The notes beneath the pieces were generated by a model. That model saw only the letters and a program-made list of their open reading frames with translations. It searched no databases and had not been told where the DNA came from. Of a stretch of 64,000 bases of DNA, positions 59,779-64,000 are shown in pieces. How positions within the stretch are numbered: the first letter of the stretch is position 1; each line of letters starts with the position of its first letter. The stretch spans positions 4,000,001 to 4,064,000 of the forward strand of contig CBDCWI010000002.1 of the NCBI GenBank assembly GCA_965223325.1, written 5' to 3'. The DNA comes from Candidatus Multivoradales bacterium (GTDB lineage: Bacteria; Acidobacteriota; Thermoanaerobaculia; Multivoradales; Multivoraceae). Both the position numbers and the translations under genes were made by a program.

Positions 59779-61755
59779 CTAGACGACCCGGTCGTTGCCA
59801 CCGTCGACAGGGATCTGGGCGCCGGTGGTCTTGGCAAACAGTGGGCCGGCGAGCGCACAGACGAGGGCCGCAACGTCTCTGGAGGTGACTTCGACCTGGA
59901 GAAGGTTCTTGCGCTTGTACTGCTCGACGGTCATTCCGTAGTGCTCGGCGCGTTCCTCGAGGACCTCGTTCGTCCACACCCCGGTGTCGAAAACGGCGTC
60001 GGGGTGAACCTGGTTGACCCGAACTCCCGAGCCGGCGAGTTCGAGGGCTGCGATTCTGGCGAGCTGAGTAACGCCTGCCTTGGCGACGGAGTAGGCCGCC
60101 GCTCCGGGACCGGGCGCAGTGACGTTCTTCGATGCGACGACGATGATCGTCGGGTCGATTCCCTCCCGTAGGAAGGGGATCGCCAACCGCATGAGATTCT
60201 GTTGACTGGTGAGGTTGAGGTCGAGGCTCCTTTGCCAGTCGTCTTCCGCGATCTGGTCGATGGTTCCGCTGCGCGGGAAGGCGCCGGCGTTGAGAACCAG
60301 GATGTCGAGGCCCCCGTAGCGCTCGACGGTTGCTCGCACGGAATTCTCGAGTTGGCCTTGGTCGGTGACGTCTGCCTCGATCGCCAACACCTGGCCACTC
60401 TCGGTGTGCTCACTCCAGAGGCCGCTGACATCTGAGCTGATGTCGATCGCAGCGACGACCGCGCCTTGCTCGATCAACGCCTCGGTAGTCGCTCGCCCAA
60501 TACCGCTGGCCGCCCCGGTGACCAGGGCGATCTTGCCGGTGAGCTCGGGCGGCTCGCCGGCCTTCTCGAGCTTCGCCTGCTCGAGTTCCCAATACTCGAC
60601 CTCGAAGATGTCCTTCTCGGGTAGCGCCTGCCAGCCCCCCAGCGCCTCGCCGCGACGCACTGCGCGCAGAGTGTGGCGTTTGATGTCGGTGATGATTCCG
60701 GTATCGCGGACCGTGCGACCGAAGGCGAGCGTGCCGTGGCCAGGCCAGACTGCCCAGCGCGGTGCGCGATCGAGTTGGCGGAGAGAACCGTCGTTGTGTT
60801 CATTGAAGTAGCGATCCTGCTCCTCGGCGAAGGTGCGAAGGCCGGCTTCTGTGTCTTTGAGGATCGCCGCGATGCGCTTGGTGCGAATGACGTGATCGGG
60901 CGTCAGCGGGCCGCGCGTTGCGAGATCTCCTGCGTTCTCGAGGTTCGAGAAACCTACTGACGCCTCGGAGCGGTCGGTTTCAACCAGCATCGCCCGGCCG
61001 GCCATCGCCGAGACCTGTCTTCGGATGCCGGCAAGTGCGTTGAGATCGGGCAGGGCAGTTTCACTCCTGCCGACTGCGAGGCTGGCGCGTTTCTCGAGCA
61101 CCCCTTCGGCGCGCGTCGCGATCTCGATCATCGCCTCGTACGACTCCCTCGCGTCGTCGCTCCAGGTAAAGACGCCGTGCGACATCAAGATCATTCCCTC
61201 GACCTCGGACCAGTGGCTCTCGTGGGTCATTTCCCAGATCGTCTTGGCGAGAATGAACCCCGGCATGACGTAGGGCACGATCATCATCCGAGGGCCGTAG
61301 AGCTCGCGCACCAGCTCTTCGCCGCCGGGAGTGTTGGTCAGAGTGACGACCGCGTCGGCGTGCGTGTGATCGACGTAGCGAAAAGGAATGATCGCGTGCA
61401 GGATCGCCTCGACCGAGGGGTTGGGTGCCCCCGGGTCGATCATTGCGGCGCGCTGGTTCTTGACCATGTCGCGATCGCTCAGCCTGTCGAGCTCGGCCAT
61501 GCGACAGAGCACGTCGAGTCTCACCGGTGCGAAGCCCGGTGCTTCGATCGTCGCCAGATCCCAGCCACTGCCCTTGACGTAGAGCAGCTCGACGGGCTCG
61601 CCGAAGAGGTCCTCCGCTGTTGCTTTGACTGAGGTGTTGCCGCCACCGTGCAGCACCAGATCGGGGTTGCTGCCGAGCAGGCGCGACGTGTAGACGCGCA
61701 TCGCGAGCAAATCGGATTCGGGCGGCGCGTTCGTCGAGTTGTACAGGCTTTTCAT
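59779..61755 (-). CDS. Bifunctional class II aldolase/short-chain dehydrogenase (RhaD/RhaEW-like)
   Basis: LVLHGGGNTSVK, KGSGWDL, PSVEAILH, DHTHAD, TPDH; SDR TGAASGIG, YSVAK. Confidence 0.9.
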   Translation of the reverse strand: MKSLYNSTNAPPESDLLAMRVYTSRLLGSNPDLVLHGGGNTSVKATAEDLFGEPVELLYVKGSGWDLATIEAPGFAPVRLDVLCRMAELDRLSDRDMVKNQRAAMIDPGAPNPSVEAILHAIIPFRYVDHTHADAVVTLTNTPGGEELVRELYGPRMMIVPYVMPGFILAKTIWEMTHESHWSEVEGMILMSHGVFTWSDDARESYEAMIEIATRAEGVLEKRASLAVGRSETALPDLNALAGIRRQVSAMAGRAMLVETDRSEASVGFSNLENAGDLATRGPLTPDHVIRTKRIAAILKDTEAGLRTFAEEQDRYFNEHNDGSLRQLDRAPRWAVWPGHGTLAFGRTVRDTGIITDIKRHTLRAVRRGEALGGWQALPEKDIFEVEYWELEQAKLEKAGEPPELTGKIALVTGAASGIGRATTEALIEQGAVVAAIDISSDVSGLWSEHTESGQVLAIEADVTDQGQLENSVRATVERYGGLDILVLNAGAFPRSGTIDQIAEDDWQRSLDLNLTSQQNLMRLAIPFLREGIDPTIIVVASKNVTAPGPGAAAYSVAKAGVTQLARIAALELAGSGVRVNQVHPDAVFDTGVWTNEVLEERAEHYGMTVEQYKRKNLLQVEVTSRDVAALVCALAGPLFAKTTGAQIPVDGGNDRVV

Positions 61756-61812
61756 TGCCCGGCAGTGTATTCAACCCGGCGGCCCGCCCACCGGCAGGCA
61801 TAGGATGGCTCC

Positions 61813-62868
61813 ATGAACCGAAAGAGAGAGGCGCCCCGCCAGACGCTGGCCGGCGCCAGGCATCCCATCGTTCTCGTCGCCGCCGTTTTCCTCCTGGCGC
61901 TCGGCCCGCTGGCACTTTCAGCCCAGGAGGGCCCGGCAGTGCGCGATGTGGTCCTTTCGGCCGACGTCGGCAACGAGATCGACGACCAGTGGGCGGTGGC
62001 CTATCTGGTTGCCAGCCCCGAGTTCAACGTTCTTGGCTTCATCTCGGCCCACGCTCCGCCCCTCGTGCCACCGGCGGCGGAGACCTCGGCGCGCATCATC
62101 GAAGACGTGGTTCGGGAGCGTCTCGGGCTCGGAGACCAGGCGCCGCCGATCGTGGTCGGCGCGCACCAGGCGCTCTCCGCCGAGGGCGAGGCCCAGGACT
62201 CAGCCGGTGCGCGCTTCTTGATCGAAACCTCGAAGAACTACTCGGCTTCCCAGCGCCTGACGGTGCTCGCCATCGGCGCAGCGACCGACGTAGCGTCGGC
62301 GGTTATGCTCGACCCATCGATCGTCGATCGCATCGAACTGGTTGCGATGGGCCTCAAGAATCGCAACACCGGCGGCCAGGAGTTCAACTTGATGAACGAC
62401 ATCAAGGCCTGGCAAGTGCTCTTTGATTCAGCGCTTCCCATCACCATCGGTACCTTCGACGTCTGCGCCCAGAACCTCGGTCTGACGCTCGAACAGGCCG
62501 AGCAGCTCATCGGGGACGTCGGCCCGGTGGGTGCCTGGCTGTGGCTCGAGTTCGAGTACTTCTACTATCGCGTCGTTCTGAACCTTCCCTTCCTCGGTGC
62601 GGACAACAACCGGTGGGTGATCTGGGACACGATTGTCGTCGCCCACTTGCTCGGACTCACCGAGGGCGAAAGATTGCCCCGCCGCGAGCTCCTCTCGGAT
62701 ATGAGCTTCGGCGATCCGCTGCCCGGCAGCCGTACCATCACCTGGATCACCGACGTCGACGAGGAAGCGATGTGGCAAGACTTCCGCAACAAGCTCGGCG
62801 CGCATCAGAGGCGGTTTCCGGGCAATGGCGACACCTCCGTCAGCTATGCGGTCGTCGGTAGACGCTAG
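61813..62868 (+). CDS. Nucleoside hydrolase family protein, exported
   Basis: Signal peptide, DVGNEIDD, AIGAATDVA, EFN..ND, IWD. Confidence 0.8.
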   Translation: MNRKREAPRQTLAGARHPIVLVAAVFLLALGPLALSAQEGPAVRDVVLSADVGNEIDDQWAVAYLVASPEFNVLGFISAHAPPLVPPAAETSARIIEDVVRERLGLGDQAPPIVVGAHQALSAEGEAQDSAGARFLIETSKNYSASQRLTVLAIGAATDVASAVMLDPSIVDRIELVAMGLKNRNTGGQEFNLMNDIKAWQVLFDSALPITIGTFDVCAQNLGLTLEQAEQLIGDVGPVGAWLWLEFEYFYYRVVLNLPFLGADNNRWVIWDTIVVAHLLGLTEGERLPRRELLSDMSFGDPLPGSRTITWITDVDEEAMWQDFRNKLGAHQRRFPGNGDTSVSYAVVGRR

Positions 62869-63070
62869 GCGCCGTTTTCGAGAAACGGGCACGCTTCAAG
62901 CCCCGGCTCGGGCTTCCTCGGTACCGCCTACCCTTCGGGTAGAGTGCTCTCACATCCGACCCAGCCGTGTTGCACCACACCTGCCGAGCGCGCAGCGTTG
63001 CACGGCTCAACCTCATTTCTGTCGGGCTACCACAACGGTGGAGGCCTGAAGTTCTTGGAGCGAATCTAAG

Positions 63071-64000
63071 ATGAAAAGAGCCCTCTCACCGGTCTCCCTC
63101 CTTGCCGCATTGGTTGCGGTCGGCCTTCTGGCGACAGCTAGTCCAGCCGTCGCGCAACAAGACGATGACGAAACCGTGGTTCTAGACGAAGTCACGGTCA
63201 CCGCACGCAAGGTGGAAGAGAACCTGCAGGACGTTCCGGTCTCGATTGACACCCTGCCGCAGGAAGATCTGGACAACGCTCTCGAAGGCGGAGCCGACGT
63301 TCTCGCACTCGCCGGCCAGGTTGGCAACCTCTACGTCGAACAGTCGAACGGTCGCATCGCTCCGCGTTTCTACGTCCGTGGCCTCGGCAACACCGACTTC
63401 GATTCGGCGGCTTCGCAGCCGGTGTCGATCGTCCTCGACGAAATCGTGGCAGAGAACGTCTTCTTGAAGGCATTCCCGATTTTCGACACTGAGGCAGTGG
63501 AGGTTCTTCGCGGACCCCAGGGCTCACTCTTCGGGCGCAATACGACCGCCGGTGTCGTCAAGTTCAACAGCAAGCGACCGACCCAGGACAAGGACATGTA
63601 CCTGGCAGCCACGATCGGCAACCTCGAATCCAGCGCTCTCGAGTTTGCGGTGGGCGGCGGCCTCTCCGAGAACACCTCGGCCCGCCTGTCGCTCATGTAC
63701 CAGAACCGTGAAGACTGGGTAGACAACGCCTTCACCGGCGAGCGCGACGCGATGGGCGGTCATCAGGACATCGCCGCCCGTCTCCAGTTCCTCTACGAGA
63801 AGAACAACTTCTCGGCGCTGCTCAACCTGCACGGTCGTGACATGGAAGGCACCTCGACTCTGTTTCGCGCCAACATCGTGGGCCCCGGCAACAACAAGCT
63901 GAACTCCAACTTCGTTCGCGACACAGTGTTCTTCGACGAAACCGACAACAATCCGCAGTCGCTCTCCGGTCAGGGTGCAACGCTCACCCTGACGTGGGAT
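63071..64000 (+). CDS. TonB-dependent receptor, N-terminal part; truncated by the window edge
   Basis: My translation (not in the ORF track): MKRALSPVSLLAALVAVG..LDEVTVTARKVEENLQDVPVSI..FYVRGLG..VEVLRGPQGSLFGRNTTAGVV. Confidence 0.93.
   Translation, partial: MKRALSPVSLLAALVAVGLLATASPAVAQQDDDETVVLDEVTVTARKVEENLQDVPVSIDTLPQEDLDNALEGGADVLALAGQVGNLYVEQSNGRIAPRFYVRGLGNTDFDSAASQPVSIVLDEIVAENVFLKAFPIFDTEAVEVLRGPQGSLFGRNTTAGVVKFNSKRPTQDKDMYLAATIGNLESSALEFAVGGGLSENTSARLSLMYQNREDWVDNAFTGERDAMGGHQDIAARLQFLYEKNNFSALLNLHGRDMEGTSTLFRANIVGPGNNKLNSNFVRDTVFFDETDNNPQSLSGQGATLTLTWD

Noticed and set aside
1-64000. The many 60-500 aa antisense or alternate-frame ORFs in the track; also tRNA, rRNA, IS elements and prophage
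   Set aside because: The shadow ORFs lack recognisable motifs and overlap well-supported genes. No structural RNA gene, transposase, integrase or phage gene was recognised by eye.

Overview
GC-rich bacterial chromosomal window. It is probably from an Acidobacteriota/Thermoanaerobaculia-like organism; this is an inference from a C-terminal FADSFES motif and the gene repertoire. No rRNA, tRNA, CRISPR array, transposase or integrase was seen. Most of the window is housekeeping or accessory genes: metF-metH-hisN, two sulfatases, M61 and M36 peptidases, a TetR-TolC-RND efflux operon with a clear operator, a RapA-like helicase, ABC-F, PBP1B, a UvrA paralog, a LuxE/LuxC-like pair plus rhodanese, an ECF sigma operon, a nuclease-DinG helicase, a RhaD-like aldolase/SDR, and a nucleoside hydrolase next to a TonB-dependent receptor. 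Four signals stand out, the first three missed or split by the ORF track. (1) A 56-aa RiPP-precursor-like peptide (653-823, minus strand) has its own sigma70 promoter and lies directly upstream of a radical SAM gene that probably starts at CTG and runs off the left edge. (2) An AhpD-like gene has an in-frame TGA (CxxU) followed by a SECIS-like hairpin, so it is probably a selenoprotein. (3) A roughly 200-nt structured leader precedes metF-metH and I cannot assign it to a known riboswitch class. (4) A membrane receptor carries both a degenerate cyclase domain and a degenerate kinase domain.
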